From Dicyema japonicum (taxonomy: Eukaryota > Animalia > Dicyemida), in NCBI GenBank assembly GCA_011109175.1, contig RDEW01000003.1:1689546-1753545 (forward strand): a DNA stretch of 64,000 nt, in the 5' to 3' direction. Each line of letters opens with the position of its first letter. Within the stretch, counting starts at the first letter, position 1. Both the position numbers and the translations under genes were made by a program. Positions 1 to 12,814 of the stretch are shown piece after piece. The notes below the pieces were generated by a model. It did no database searches. It was given only the letters and a program-made list of their open reading frames with translations, and had not been told where the DNA came from.

Positions 1-573
1 TATTTCCATAACACTTGTAAATACCCAGTCCAACCGTCATGGGAGCGTTGATCTTTCCGGATCCGAATCCCAAAGTCAAGGTTATCACTGGAAACATATT
101 ATTGCCTTTGGAATTTATCAATTTTATGGCAAATGGACTGTTTTGGTCCTCATTATATGGAAATTCGACTTCGAACCTTAAAGGTAATCCTGGGCATCAA
201 ACTGGAAGTAAAGATGATTTTTGAACAGAAAATCACTTTTCATTGCACGTGTTATTTGCTGCTTCTGAGAAAATGGCTTAATTTACATAAAATTAAGACT
301 TTGACTGTGAGAGCTACATTTTCATCTGTTTTTTCGATCAAAAACACTAAAATAATTAAAATAAAACGATCAGATTTTTTGTAGGACTTGTAATGTTTCC
401 AGCTAGGCATGAAAGATGACTTATACCTGGAAGAAGCCAAATCTGAGTAACTAAATGACTCCGCCAGATAGTAGCGTCCGTATCCCTGAGGTTCCCATTG
501 CTATTTTCAGGGTCATAATGTTTACAGAATTTATCAAAAAAGCGTTGATAGTTACTAATAATAGCCAAGCCAT
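1..573 (-). CDS. Divergent calnexin/calreticulin-like secreted protein, 5' part (runs off the left edge)
   Basis: Removing 21-26 nt GT-AG introns gives MAWLLLVTINAFLINSQWEPQGYGRYYLAESFSYSDLASSSWKHYKS...TRAMKSDFLFKNHLYFQFEVEFPYNEDQNSPFAIKLINS...ITLTLGFG. This is a signal-peptide-like N-terminus plus motifs resembling calnexin YFADSF, PFLF..LIVQYEVNF and YVKLL. Confidence 0.55.
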
Positions 574-944
574 TAACGAATTTCTATAGTTTGATCAGAT
601 AATTTAAATTTCTAATAAAATAAATAAATTCAATTATTTAAAGTAACTTTAAATATATAGTTAATTTTTAAGTCATATCTGAAATCATTTTATTTAAAAA
701 TTTGGGACCGACTCGTATTGGGTGGACAAATTTTTTGAATTAAAGATATTAAAGCAAGTCATCCGGAAAAAATAGAAGAGGTTAGCAACTTGATAAACTT
801 TCACGCTTTTGGAAGCCACAGGAATTTCTCAAGACCTCATTTGTATTGTCTACCAAATATCAAGTCTGAACGTGTAACTCAGATTTTGATGGGGGTCTTG
901 AATTTTGTTAAACACTGCTGTCACCTCAAATGAAAAACCATATA

Positions 945-1114
945 CAGTTCGACCCGAATTGGGCAGACCCCAGGGGTGGGGCACCTCGGATTTTGGGGCA
1001 TTTTTTGGCCAACATTTTGGCAGAGTAAAATGGAAAATCGATAAAAATATGGAAATTTTGGGGCACTATAAAATTGTGGGAATGAAATTGGTGCCCCAAT
1101 TAGGGGTCGGACTG
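945..1114. mobile_element. Tigger/pogo-derived MITE
   Basis: Imperfect TIRs CAGTTCGACCCGAATTGGGC / GCCCCAATTAGGGGTCGGACTG flanked by TA. It shares the GGGGTGGGGCA subterminal motif with the Tigger at 5276-7175. Confidence 0.8.
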
Positions 1115-1841
1115 TATACCAGTCTTAATGGAGTACCAAAGACTCCTATTTCCTCATGTCGTCCAATATCTACGAGTCTTATCGAGGTTCATGGACCATT
1201 TACTCTATAACACCTCTTTGACCCGCTTCATACAAGACAATGTCACTTTGTTCGACAAAGTTATTCGACTCATTGTCTGTTAATCACTAAGTGTAGTCAT
1301 TTATTCATATATTCAACTCTATTCCTTCCACTCAGATCCTATACCCCTAACCAGGCATGCTAACTCAAAAGGCTCCATGGGTCGCATAAGATAATTTGAG
1401 TATACAAGCGGGCCATACTAACAAATCTGAAAAACACGTAATCTTATTGAAGTACATTTCAAAAATATCAATCACTTTTTAGTATTTGTTTATATTGAAT
1501 GCTCTTTTTCATGACAATTTTTCGAATATTGAAATGTAATAGTGACTTGGTCAAGTTTATAGTTTTCAGTAACAGAATGAAACGTTACAAGACATACCTG
1601 AAGAAGAATGAATTATTGTTCCTAATTGACGAGGGAGCTGCTAAAATAGAAAAAAGCTACGAACGCTCTGTTTCTGCCCTAAAAATTAAAGCTCGAGCCG
1701 GGATTTTGTTTATGTCTTCAACTCGCAATACTTCTGGAATGTCATACAATTTAAAGATGGTACAATAAAAAAGGAAAGACTTATTCTAGAAATTAAAAAC
1801 GCGTAATTTTGCTCAATGCTTGCTTACGTGATAATCTCGTA

Positions 1842-3791
1842 AGTAAACTCTCTTAAATTTGCAGATTCTCAAATTTGCTATTTTTAAAGAAAAATCCCAA
1901 TTTTAGTGGAAATTTTCAGAATTTTTAAAGTTTTTTTTTTAACAAAATTTTTTTAACAATTAAACAAATGTCAGTTGAGGAAGCTGCTGCGTGGATTGCG
2001 AACGAGTTCCCTCGGAGTATGGTATTCGATCTTTTGTCTTAGCCATAACCCTTCTCGTTGATCCCTTTTCTTTCTGGCAAGATCCTCCGAGTTTTGCAAA
2101 AATTAAGCGTCATTGGACCAACAGCTCCCGATGATTCGGTCGCAACAGGAGTAATCGGTAGCGATCCGAGGCAGAATATTTCTTGGATTTTTTGGTTTCC
2201 GCGGTCGAAGCAGCTGCTACAGGTGTCGAACTGATTTATAAAGATTCGTGCTTGAGAATGTGTAGCACAAGTTGCGTCCCAGACAAGAGATCATCCGGAT
2301 GTGAAGGGGAAAAGGGTCATCCCGTAGGTCTCTTATCCTCTGATCAACCACTGGTTCAAGATGTGCTGGAAGCCTGAAGCTTCAGAGCTCTGACGATCAC
2401 ATCATTCAGAGCGGCATGACGTGGTCCCTTCCGGCGCTTCTTCTGCAGGACAGCGGGTGCAATCCTTTCGCATCGACTGTTTCCGCATCGGCAAAGTTTT
2501 AAAAAATTATGAATTAAACAATAAATTTTATTCAAGTAGCAAGCCTCATTTGTGATTCACAAACTCACTATCGAACAAAATTCAAATGTTGTGTTATATG
2601 GACGACAACAACTTATTATCATGCCAAAGAATTGCCGATAATTTTTTTTTTTAAGTGAACATCTGCCGAAGGACAGTTAACGCTATCTTAGAGTCATGAG
2701 TCAAGTTTGGGACAAATCAAAACTAAAATTCATCAACAAAAATAGTCAAAGTTTAAGTTCCCGCAACTTGATGAAAACTTATTGAGTGAATGGATTCGAT
2801 GGAAGTAAAAGGTATTCTTAATGTTTTTAAATTTTTTAATTTTATTGATTGGAAAATCAAAAATGCCAAGATGTTTCAAAATATGATTATCGGTGTTCTG
2901 TTACGTATTACAGTTCCAAAGAGAATGACCTTTTGAGGGCAGAAAAGAAGTCAATGTTGTATCTTGTAGATATTTTCATTTTCATTGCTTGCCATCGAAT
3001 TTGGAAAATATTAAAAATTGTTCTTTCCTAAAAATGCTACAGGAATAATTCAATGGATTAGGGAATAGACACAAATTTGACTATTTTACTGGATTATTGA
3101 AAAAGAAAATGTTAGTTCATATAAAAATTTGAACCTTAAAGACACTTTTCTATTTATAAAAATGGCCTGGAAAGATGTACACCCTAAAACAATCAAAAAT
3201 TGTTTTCAAATTCTACAAAAATCTGGTCCTAGGACACCATAGTAAATGTGAGCATAGAAATATTATCTAATACGGATATTCACGATCCGATTGAAATCAA
3301 AGAATTTATGAAATTATTCTGAAAAAATGCAATAGATAAAGAAATAACATCATTAATTGATGATAATGAGATACTCATCCATAAAGAAACTACTGAATTG
3401 AAACCCCTAAACAAGAATGAAATAACATTAAGTTAAGCGAAATTGAAAAAAATTTCATTGAGAACGTTGAAAACAAAGAGGATCTCGTCTTTATTACATC
3501 TATTAGTAGATTTAATGCAATTTTTAGAAATATAAAAAAGAAGCAAATGGGAATTCTATAAAATTTAATACTTTATTTTTAAATAAATTTTGTTTTCGTA
3601 ATAAAATCAAATTTAGTTATTTTCATCAATGAGAAGTTTACCAATAACTATTTTAAAATTATTGATTAAATTCTGAAAAAAATTATTGATTAAATTTTTA
3701 AAATTATTGATTAAATTCTGAAATTTGCCAATTCCCAAATTTGCCGCAAAAAATGCTGAACCAAAAATGGCAAATTTGAAAGAGTTTACTG
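1842..3791 (+). mobile_element. Degenerate Tigger/pogo DNA transposon
   Basis: TIRs AGTAAACTCTCTTAAATTTGC / GCAAATTTGAAAGAGTTTACTG-TA. Decayed DDE-domain remnants lie inside (IFIACHRI, AWKDVHPKTIKNCF). Confidence 0.7.
1975..2495 (-). mobile_element. CRE-like (RLE-type) non-LTR retrotransposon 3' fragment nested in the Tigger
   Basis: Minus-strand RHAALNDVIVRAL...GMTLFPFTSG..LVWDATC matches the restriction-like endonuclease motif also seen at 20781-21323 and 48605-49036. Confidence 0.8.
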
Positions 3792-4546
3792 TATTATTAA
3801 CCCAAGAACACCAATAGTTAATTTAATTACTAAATTAATTAAGTGATCTAGAAGACCTCAATCAGATTTCTCATCTTTTCCTTGTGCGCCCTAACACATC
3901 TTTTCTGTGGGCTGGGTGGTTTTGGGAATAGGAATTGGGGAGGGGTGATGCATACCCTTCTCATAAGACACGTCGTTATCCAGTATCTTTCCTGTTTCAT
4001 CTTAGCCTTGTATCTGATCTCTCTCCAAGGCTCGGATCTTCGCCCTGGTTTCCCAAGACTGTTTCTGTAGGCTTTTTAGGCAATTTCTTTCCTTCGTGAG
4101 TGAATCGGGTGCGCGGGAAGGCTTCTTCGTGAAATGGACTGTCTTTCTTTTGATAAAAGTCCTCATACCCTCACGGAGTACACCAGTGAAGTAGAGTAAA
4201 GCGTTATTGAAAGATTTAAAGCTGTTAGGGTCCAAACTATGAAAGTTATAGTGACGAACTGTGAGAACAAACTCCAGTTGACATTTATGTAGTCTGGCCG
4301 TAACATTGTATTCCTTTCAATCAACAATTTTCCTTTAAACGTGATAATAGGGGTTATGGTCACTGGTAGTGTCGTATGATACTGACCAATTGATTAGGGC
4401 GGCAATTTTTGAGGAAGCAAGTGTCAGGGGAGGAAGGTTGATAAATATATCCACTGTCATTTGTCCAAGTCGTTTGTCTGAGGTAAATAAGGACGAAGAA
4501 GATTTTTCAGTAGATATATCAAGCCGGTTATAATTTGGTCAAATTT

Positions 4547-4688
4547 AATTAAATTAACACAGCCAACCATCCAAAGTGGACCCCATCGACATTATCGACG
4601 TTGAGTTGCCTCTCACGATTGCAGCAGAGATCAACTGGAGAAGCCACCGGGTCTCATGTGCGTCGTGGCTTGTTAGTGTAGCTTAGCT
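4547..4688 (-). mobile_element. Short GC-rich multi-hairpin insertion (SINE-like or LINE 3' end)
   Basis: Flanked by the direct repeat AAATTT (4541-4546 and 4689-4694), with an AT-rich tail. The host LINE sequence joins up when it is removed. Confidence 0.5.
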
Positions 4689-5275
4689 AAATTTGAATCT
4701 TGTGACGATATCCTTGTAGTCATTCTGATTTCTTTAGGATATACGATTAATAGGTCATCAGCATATGATAGGAGGAAATCGTCTTTATCATCGGATTGTA
4801 ATAAATCGGACATAAGGCGGGTGATAAATGGGAATCTTGTGGGACAGTGATTTTGAAACTGGTTTGATCCCATCCATGTATACCCGGGCCCTTCTTCCAT
4901 TGATGAAGTTAGCAAGCCAAAGATTTATATTGGGGTTGACGGGGAGGGCAAACAATTTCCGGGTTAAAATTTTCCTTGAGACAGAGTCGAAGGCCTTTTG
5001 TAAATCGATCAAACGACTGTTTTGAAGTGACGAGGATTTGTGTTAAAGCCTTCAATGATAAATTGGTTTAGGGAAGTTAGGTGGGTAGAAGTTGAATAGC
5101 CCCTTCTGAATCCATGCTGTGAGGACGAATAAGGAAGGGACGGGTTTATTAAATTAAGAATCAATTTTTCAATAATTTTGAGTGCATAGTAAAGAGATTA
5201 GTCGAAATGATGCAGGATTGTCCTTAGGTTTCCCAGGCTTAAGGATTGGGCGTATATAGGACAGTTTTCCAGATA

Positions 5276-7175
5276 CAGTCGAACCCCGGGGTGGGGCATC
5301 AAAGTGCCCCAAAAAGCGGGGGTGCCCTCCAAAACCGGGGTTTGGTTCAAACTATTGATTTATGGTTGATTTAACTTAAATTTTTGTTTACTTTGCGAAA
5401 AAGGAACTTCTTCACCTCTTCCAAAGTGTTTATAAAATAAGTTGTGATTTTTTGCTCTATAGTTTGATAGATTTTATTCTATGTTTTTTATTCGATTTTT
5501 ATTAATTAATAAATCATTATTTTTAAAACATTTTTTTGAAATTATCAGTCAATTTCAAATTTTTCTTATTTCTTAAATCTTTTTTAAGTTGAAATCTAAA
5601 CTCATAATATTTTTGGAATGTCTCAAAAGATGTATTTTGAGCTACATTTTCTAACTTATCCATCATTTCATACGTTTCTGATATCGTTGTTTTGTCCTCT
5701 GTGTCAATTCCATTATAAAACTCGCGACTCTTGACTAGATCTTCGTTTTCTTCAGATATTACTTCAGTTATTATTTCTTCCAGGACTTCTTCCCCACAAT
5801 TTTTATCTTCAACTGATTCTTCTCTATTTTCCTCAATTATCTTCCAACAATTAATTATTGTTGTTTCTTTAACTTCCATCCACGCTTTTTTAACAAGTAC
5901 CATAATCTGTCGCATATCTATATTTTTCAAAGATTTAATTATTGTATCTTTTTCCAAATTGAGCATAAAATCCATTAGGAAGTTTATGTACTTTAAAATA
6001 CTTTATTATACCCATGTCTAAAGGTTGAATCAAAGATGTTGTGATTTTCGGAAGAAAAAACAATTTAACATTTGAGTATTCCAATAAATAATGGCATGCA
6101 GCATTATCTATTATTAAAAGTATTTTTCTATCTTGTGAGAGAAAGTCGTCGTTAATCTTTGAGACCCACATTTTGAAAATTTCTCTGTTCATCCAGAAAT
6201 TTATTAACGCTGCATATAAAATACTGAATTTTTCACAATCAAAATCTATGTTAAAATATAATTAAGCCGACTTTTCATACAACGAGGTGATTTGTATTTT
6301 CCAATAACAAGGGGTCTTAATTTTTTTCCTGCTGCATTACTGCAAAGGAGAACTGTTACTCTTTCTTTACTGAATTTTGTACCATGACATGTTTCTATAG
6401 ATTCGACATAAGATCTTGAAGAAAATTTTTCAACATACAAAGATGTTTCATCATAGTTAAAAATATTTTCATGACCATAAGTTTTCAACAAATTATCGAA
6501 TTGAAAAAAAAATTTGTCAAATTACTTTTATCTGCTGATTTTTTTTCACCACAAATGGCCTTAAAAACCAGATCATGTCTCTTCTTAAATCTGTCTAACC
6601 AACCGTTTGAGGTTTTAAAAGATGTTGAATAATTCAATTTTGTCGATATTTTTTTCGCGATGGCTTTGATTAAAGTACCCGAAATAGGAAAGGAATCATC
6701 CCTCAAACGACGAAAAGCATTAAAAGTTAATTCGTCAAGTTTTTCAAATTGATTGACTTTATTAGAAACTGGTTCAACTTCATCTATTTGAACTAATCTT
6801 GAAGTGACTGATCCGGTATTAATGAAAGAAGAAATGTTTTTTTTGATTCGGGAAATAGTGCCTTTGCTTATCTTGAATTTTTTTGCAACTTCTCTTTCAG
6901 AAGATGTTTGTAGACACTTTGCAATTTTAATTTTTGTTTCAATAGAAATTTTGGAAGGCATTACACAAAGACAATTATCACGTGTTCAAAAATAATATTA
7001 TTCAAAATAATAATATGTAATAAAATATTAAAATAAATTATTAAAGTGCCCCATACTAGGGTTTTGATAATTTCCAAATTTGTAAATATTTGATGGAAAA
7101 TGTACTAAAAATAAAATCGCCCCAAAAAGCGAGGGTGCCCCAAGGCGGGGGTTTTATTGGGGCGGGGTTCGACTT
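5276..7175 (-). mobile_element. Tigger/pogo transposon with frameshifted CENP-B-HTH + DDE transposase
   Basis: TIRs CAGTCGAACCCCG / CGGGGTTCGACT with TA TSD (5274-75, 7176-77). ORFs 6485-6961 (HTH, SNGWLDRFKKRH), 6246-6491 (FNYDETS) and 5935-6192 (IDNAACH, QPLDMGII). Confidence 0.95.
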
Positions 7176-8366
7176 TAGTTGGAATTGTATTCATGTTTAT
7201 TGAATAGTTGAAAATCACTGTGATTGCATCAATCGCTATAGGTCCAAGGTGTTATAATAAGATAACAGGGATAGAATCAGGCCCACGAGAGAAGGAAGAA
7301 TTCATCCTCTTCAAATCTTCACTGACATCTGAATGTGAGATAAAGTTAATCGGTTAGGTTTGGTCTCATTGAGGATAAATAAGGACCATCCAAATTTCCT
7401 GAAAATTTTGTAGTCTATACTGGCGTAATATTTCATAAGTTTGTTAAGACTGTGCTGATTCGTCTTTTGTCTGTTAGCATTTCCTTTTAAGCAAATTGGT
7501 AATTTTTCTCCATATCGTCTGAGTGTATTTCTAAAATGGAAGGGAAGGATGATATAGTTTGTCCCATTTGTTGACTTCATCTCTTCTAATCCTTTTTGAT
7601 ATTTTGTCATTGAAAGTTTTTGTTCGATTTTTTTGTCCGGGAAAAAAATACATGTCTTTTCAGACGATTCCTCTTTTTAATAAATTGGTGTTATGATCGA
7701 TTTTTCATTGTAGAATTTAAATCATCCGGGTGGAGTGAATATTCTCCGCACCATGAGAATTGTTTTGTTCACTTTTTTGATTCGAATAATGATTGGATTG
7801 TGATCGGAAAGTAATCCATAATGCACCGTCCATGATGTGTCCGGTGCAAGGTTTGGGGAACAGAAGGTAATGTCCGGGGATGTTGATGCATAGTTTTCCA
7901 TGTAAGGAGTCCTATTGTGCTTCCTGGAGTTATTAAAGATAGTCAGAGAGGTGAGTTGGTTTAGGATAATCCTCTTGAGTCTGCTGGCTGTGATTTTAAC
8001 CAGGCTGGATGTTTAGCATTAAAATCTCCACACAATATCAGGTTTCCAAACTTGTTTAACTTGGTTAGGTTTAGTGAGAATCCTTTTGGGCAAGAAGATG
8101 GAGGGGGGAAGTGGATGTTTGTAATGTTAAAAGTCCCGAATCGACTTGTAATTGATATTCCAGATATTTCTGTAATGATGAAAAGACCCCCACCACGACG
8201 GTTTAATGAAAAACGGTAGTTAGAGAATTTTGCTTTTGATTTCGTTGATGTTTATCTGCAGAATTGAGAGTGGGGGCCTGGATTAAGTTCAATGTCATCG
8301 GTGAGAATTATCAGAAACCTATTCAGCCGAAGGGGATTAAGAAAAAAAAAAGGCCGTTGTCCAAAG

Positions 8367-8450
8367 AGTCTTTCTTCGGATGGGAAGTAGTTAATGGTGG
8401 ACCCTGAGCACCTCCAGAACTTTCATAACAGGTAGACTACATAACGTCAA
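8367..8450 (-). ncRNA. Degenerate HDV-like 5' fold of LINE
   Basis: UUGACGUU-AUG-UAGUCU-ACC...GGU-GCUCA...CGAAGAA-AGACU, the same layout as four other LINE 5' ends. P2 (AGUCU/AGACU) covaries with them. Confidence 0.45.
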
Positions 8451-8459
8451 GTTTTCTTA

Positions 8460-8900
8460 TTTTTATTTATTTTTATTCATTTAACTCCAAGACCACCAAG
8501 AAAGATAGGTCAAAACTAACTAATTAGGTGATCCCAGCCTCCAATAACATCCAAACTCTCTTCATCTAGTCTTTTGATGACCCAACCGCATTCTGGAAGC
8601 GCCTTCTCTCTTCCTCTGCAAAGGAATTCAATCGGCGTGCACTTTTTTTATAACCGACCAAAATTCCTCTGCATTTTTCCTTGAATGGGTGTCCCAGTTC
8701 CTTCCAGAAACGTAGGAAACCCTGGCCATTCTTCAACCTCGCCTCATCAGAAACGAGGCCGCCAATGGGGATGTCCTTGTGGTGCATAATTTTCCGCCTG
8801 AGGGAGTTCAAATGATCCACTATCGAAGAGGGAATCGCAAATCTCCAGGCGAAGCAGGCATATTCAATGGTAGGAACGATGACTTGCTGACGCAAGCAGC
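8460..8900 (-). mobile_element. 5'-truncated Ingi/Vingi-like LINE 3' fragment
   Basis: ORF 8566-8895 (PTIEYACFAWRFAIPS) resembles 59280-59564 and ends in the GGGATCACCTAA module with an A-rich tail. Confidence 0.8.
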
Positions 8901-9093
8901 AGGGGGGAAAGGGCTATTCTTTATGATCGCTATTTAAAAACAATTTATTTAAGATCCAAAAGATCGTAGACAATTGTCTTTAGTTTATTAATAATCTAAA
9001 TTTATTTTATTAATAATATTTTTTAAAATTTATTTATTTTCTTCATCTACTCTTGTTGGTTTGTTCATAAATGTAATTTAGGTGAAGTATAGC

Positions 9094-11247
9094 ATGTATC
9101 AGAATGTATTTCATCAAGATCAAGAAGGAACCATAACTGAAGATCCCGTAATTTGATATTTAAGTATATTTAGTCATATGCGACTGCAATGTACCAAACA
9201 AAGCTTCCACAGGCACTAGAACGTGTTCTGCTTAATAAAGAGCGAAGATCTGAACAGGATTTGTACACGAAGGATCAAATAAGTTAGTCAAATCAATGTA
9301 TTTAGCCTTGACTGAAGAAAATGTCACTGATAATCTCAGTGATGATGAGATTGTAAGACAAGTAAAGCAAAAGAAACAAAATCCGCGGAAAAGAAAGAAG
9401 AAAAAATTTAAATCTTGTAAAATCTCAACTTCTTCAGTCGAAATTGATAAACCAAGGCCTGACCCTTTGTCTGAGAATGTGGTCATCGAGTATATAGTGG
9501 AACATGAATTCTAGATATTTGGAGGAGGAATTAAAACTTGATGTAAATGACCCCAATTATATGGACTACAAGAGAATTTTTGATTCCTTCAAAATAGCAG
9601 AAGAGCGTTCTAAATCTAACAGAATCGTGGTTAGAAACGACAGCAATGCCGTGAAGGATGAAGCGATGAATATTGTTCCTCTGAAGGCACGTGGGGCGTA
9701 TGCTCAACTTGAAGTCGAAAAAGAAGCTGCTGAAAATATGGAAAAACCTAAACTTTCCAAGAAGCAGTGGAAAAAACTAAATCGCCACACTGTCGCTGAG
9801 CTAAAACAAGTAAGTTAAAGTCAAATTTCAGTTGGTGGACAGACCTGATTTGGTGGAAATGCAGGATGTCACTGCGAATGACCCCAAACTCCTGATATTT
9901 CTCAAATCGTACAGAAATACAGTGAAAGTGCCCCGTCATTGGTGTTTCAAAAGGAAGTATTTACAGGGAAAACGAGGATTTGAAAAGACTCCATATGTGT
10001 TACCTGATTATATTAGAGCAACGGGAGTTACAGAACTGAGAGGGGTAACTCAGGATAAGGTTATATTGTTATTGATAGTCTAGGATGCTCACAAGTGCTT
10101 AAAATCGAAAATGAGGGAGAAGATCAGACCCAAGCTGGGTAAACTGGACATTGACTATGGGAAACTACATGATGCGTTTTTCAAATGGCAGACACAAAGC
10201 CCTCCCGTATGACGGGGCATGGGGACATTTACTATGAAAGCAAGGAGTTCGAAACCAAGTTAATGGAAAAAAAGCCTGGAAATTTGTCTGAGGAACTGAG
10301 AATGGCTCTTGGAATGCCACTAGGCCCGGTTTATTTGCTATTTATATTTTAAGGAATCTCACAAGTTTCCTCCACCATGGCTGATCGCAATGCAGAGATA
10401 TGGCCCGCCTCCTTCGTATCCGAACATGCGTATTCCTGGGTTGAATGCACCAATTCCTGAAGTATTTAGTGACTCTGTATTGTAGGGGTGTTCATTTGGG
10501 TATCATGCAGGAGGATGGGGGAAGCCTCCTGTTGACGCATTGGGGAAACCATTGTATGGGGATGTTTTTGCCGTTTACCAAATTCACGTCCCGGTCGTCT
10601 AAATTTGATTTATTAGAGGAAGCTGAAATTGAAACAGTTGATAGAAGTCATTGGGGGCAAATTCAGATGGGGTCTGATTCTGATGATGATATTTCTGAGA
10701 ATGAGTTTGAGAACGATAATGAGTTAACTAAGGAAAACTTCCCGGAGACTGGAATCGAGACTCCTATGGAAGGGTACTTTTTATATTTCAATAGATTTAT
10801 CACTCCAAGTGGTACATCGACATACCCTGTTGGTTTTGAGACTCCGGAGACGATCGAATTGAGCAAGAAAAAGATAGAAGATTATATGGATTCTTCTGAG
10901 ACTCCAACTCTCTACCACGTTCTTCCTGAAAAGAAATCATCAATTGGATCAGCTATCATGGGTTCTACTCATGTTTATGATACTTCGGTATTTACTTTAT
11001 ATTATTTAGATGATTGGATCCAAACAAACATTGGACAGCAATCCCGAATCCTCTGGTTCATCCCCTTCAAACACCAATCTTCAAGAAAATGATAGACATG
11101 GGGACCCCCTTTTTCCTGTTGTTTCGTCGAATGATAATGAAAAAGTTTTATTTTTTGGATATTATTTAGAATAAAGCCCAGGAATCTTCTAGCAGTAAAC
11201 CTAAGGGATCAAATAACTCAAAGAAACATAAAGATTTTAAATTTTGA
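9094..11247 (+). CDS. SF3B2: Splicing factor 3B subunit 2 (SAP145/Cus1), about 11 tiny introns
   Basis: Spliced translation contains LPQALERVL, TVAELKQLVDRPDLVEMQDVTANDPKLL, VPRHWCFKRKYLQGKRG, PPPWLIAMQRYGPPPSYP and FGYHAGGWGKPPVD, and ends KHKDFKF*. One apparent frameshift near 10195. Confidence 0.95.
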
Positions 11248-12814
11248 TTGTCTAATTTTTGATTTGTCTTATTTTTTGATTTATATTTTTCCGTTAGGCC
11301 TCAGAAGGAGTATATTTGAAAAATTTTAAGTGCTTTCACTTCCAAGGGACAGTCTAGTAAAGAGACCTCGGAAGATCCAACGATCAGACTACCGGGAAAA
11401 TAGTATTATATGGTCTCTTGAGTAACGTTGACCATTTCTGTCCTGTGTAACACGTGGAGATGAATTCCTGTGAATTTTAGTTTCAAACCAATCACCTTGT
11501 AGTCAAGGTACAAGAGTTTATGGAGGCATTCTAAAAACTCAGGGTTGCGGCTAAGCCTTTTTCTTGTACGCTCCATTGGAATACATCAGGATACTGGAAG
11601 AGACCGAGTAGGAATAGTCAAACGACTTGGACTGGAAGTTTTCATCGAACATCGGAACTGTTGATAATAAAGATTATTCCTTTTCTCATAAGATTGAAGT
11701 GCGGGGATACTTCCTTGCCATAATATGTTGATCTCCATTGTCAAGAAAGATATAAGACAGGCTTCATTTGTCTACCTGAACCTGTTAATCGGGACAGATG
11801 ACATGTAATTTTACTACAATACCACGGAGCAAAGGGAAGGAAGTACCTTAGATTATAAAGCAAAGATACCTTCTCGAATGCAAATTTACACAAAGCCTCA
11901 ACGCTACATAGGCATCCTTGGTCGATGATACTAAGTGAAGAAATACCAGTGGTTGACTAACGAATTATACTTTTAGCCGATTTCTATTGATACGTCTGAG
12001 GCACTCGGTTCTAGCACAACGGACTTGTCGAAACCAGTGACCGCCTTTTCTAAATAAATGAATCTGAACGACGTGAATCCTCGAAGCTTAACAGAATCCT
12101 TTTCCGCCTGAACACGTGTATAAAGATTTACACATAAATACCGAGAAAATGAATTCAGACCCCACTGCTATGACTAACTGCAAAGTCTATCATACTCTTC
12201 TCGAACTGCCAGCACACTTTAGCTAAGGATCAGGAATTTCCCTAACCACTTTGTGTGTAGATAAAGTGACCAAAGTAAAGACTTTATGATCAAATAACTG
12301 GGAGACATTTTTGGGATTCGGCTTCCATTAGAGTCGAAAGCTTTATGGTTATCCAAGTTTCAACTGTCCTTCATCTATTTTTGCTTGTATGAATATGCCA
12401 CATCAGAAAGACGGGTTTTTGTTGGTGTTCTACAAGGAATTATACTTGAAAATATTCCTTATTCATGGAAGAAGTCGATTGTCAGAGTGTTTTAAAGCAT
12501 CAATTTCTACTTTTTTCATAAAATTCGAATGCCCAGGATTACCATTAAGGTTTCTACCGTATTTCATTCCCAACAAAAGTTTTCACAACTTTATTTATTT
12601 CCGATAGAAGATTAACAAGCGCTGCACCGACTAATACTCAATAATGTATCCATCCTCACCTCTAATTGTGTAAAGATTTTAGGGGTCATGTTCACTCACT
12701 CGTGACATTTAGCAAACACCTCAGCAACATCACATCTTCCTCCAAAAAAACTGAATTCCTAGATCAATATGGAAGTTGCTTCTATTCATCAATAAAATCA
12801 CTCTACACCCAATG

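Larger units (their letters stand above)
3795..8450 (-). mobile_element. Full-length degenerate Ingi/Vingi-like LINE (5' fold, 2A, APE, RT), interrupted by a Tigger and a 142-bp insert
   Basis: 5' fold at 8367-8450; 2A DIELNPGP at 8273-8296; APE motifs LQININ and CGDFNAKH; RT motifs IDLQKAFDSV and LSYADD; GATCAC 3' module at about 3795-3850. Confidence 0.85.

Noticed and set aside
8525-8535. GGATCACCT resembling the 16S rRNA 3' end
   Set aside because: No other rRNA sequence is adjacent. It is part of the LINE 3' module.
11290-12500. Possible further retroelement remnants (also 780-1440 and 27860-28200)
   Set aside because: Only faint motif similarity; too decayed to assign a family.
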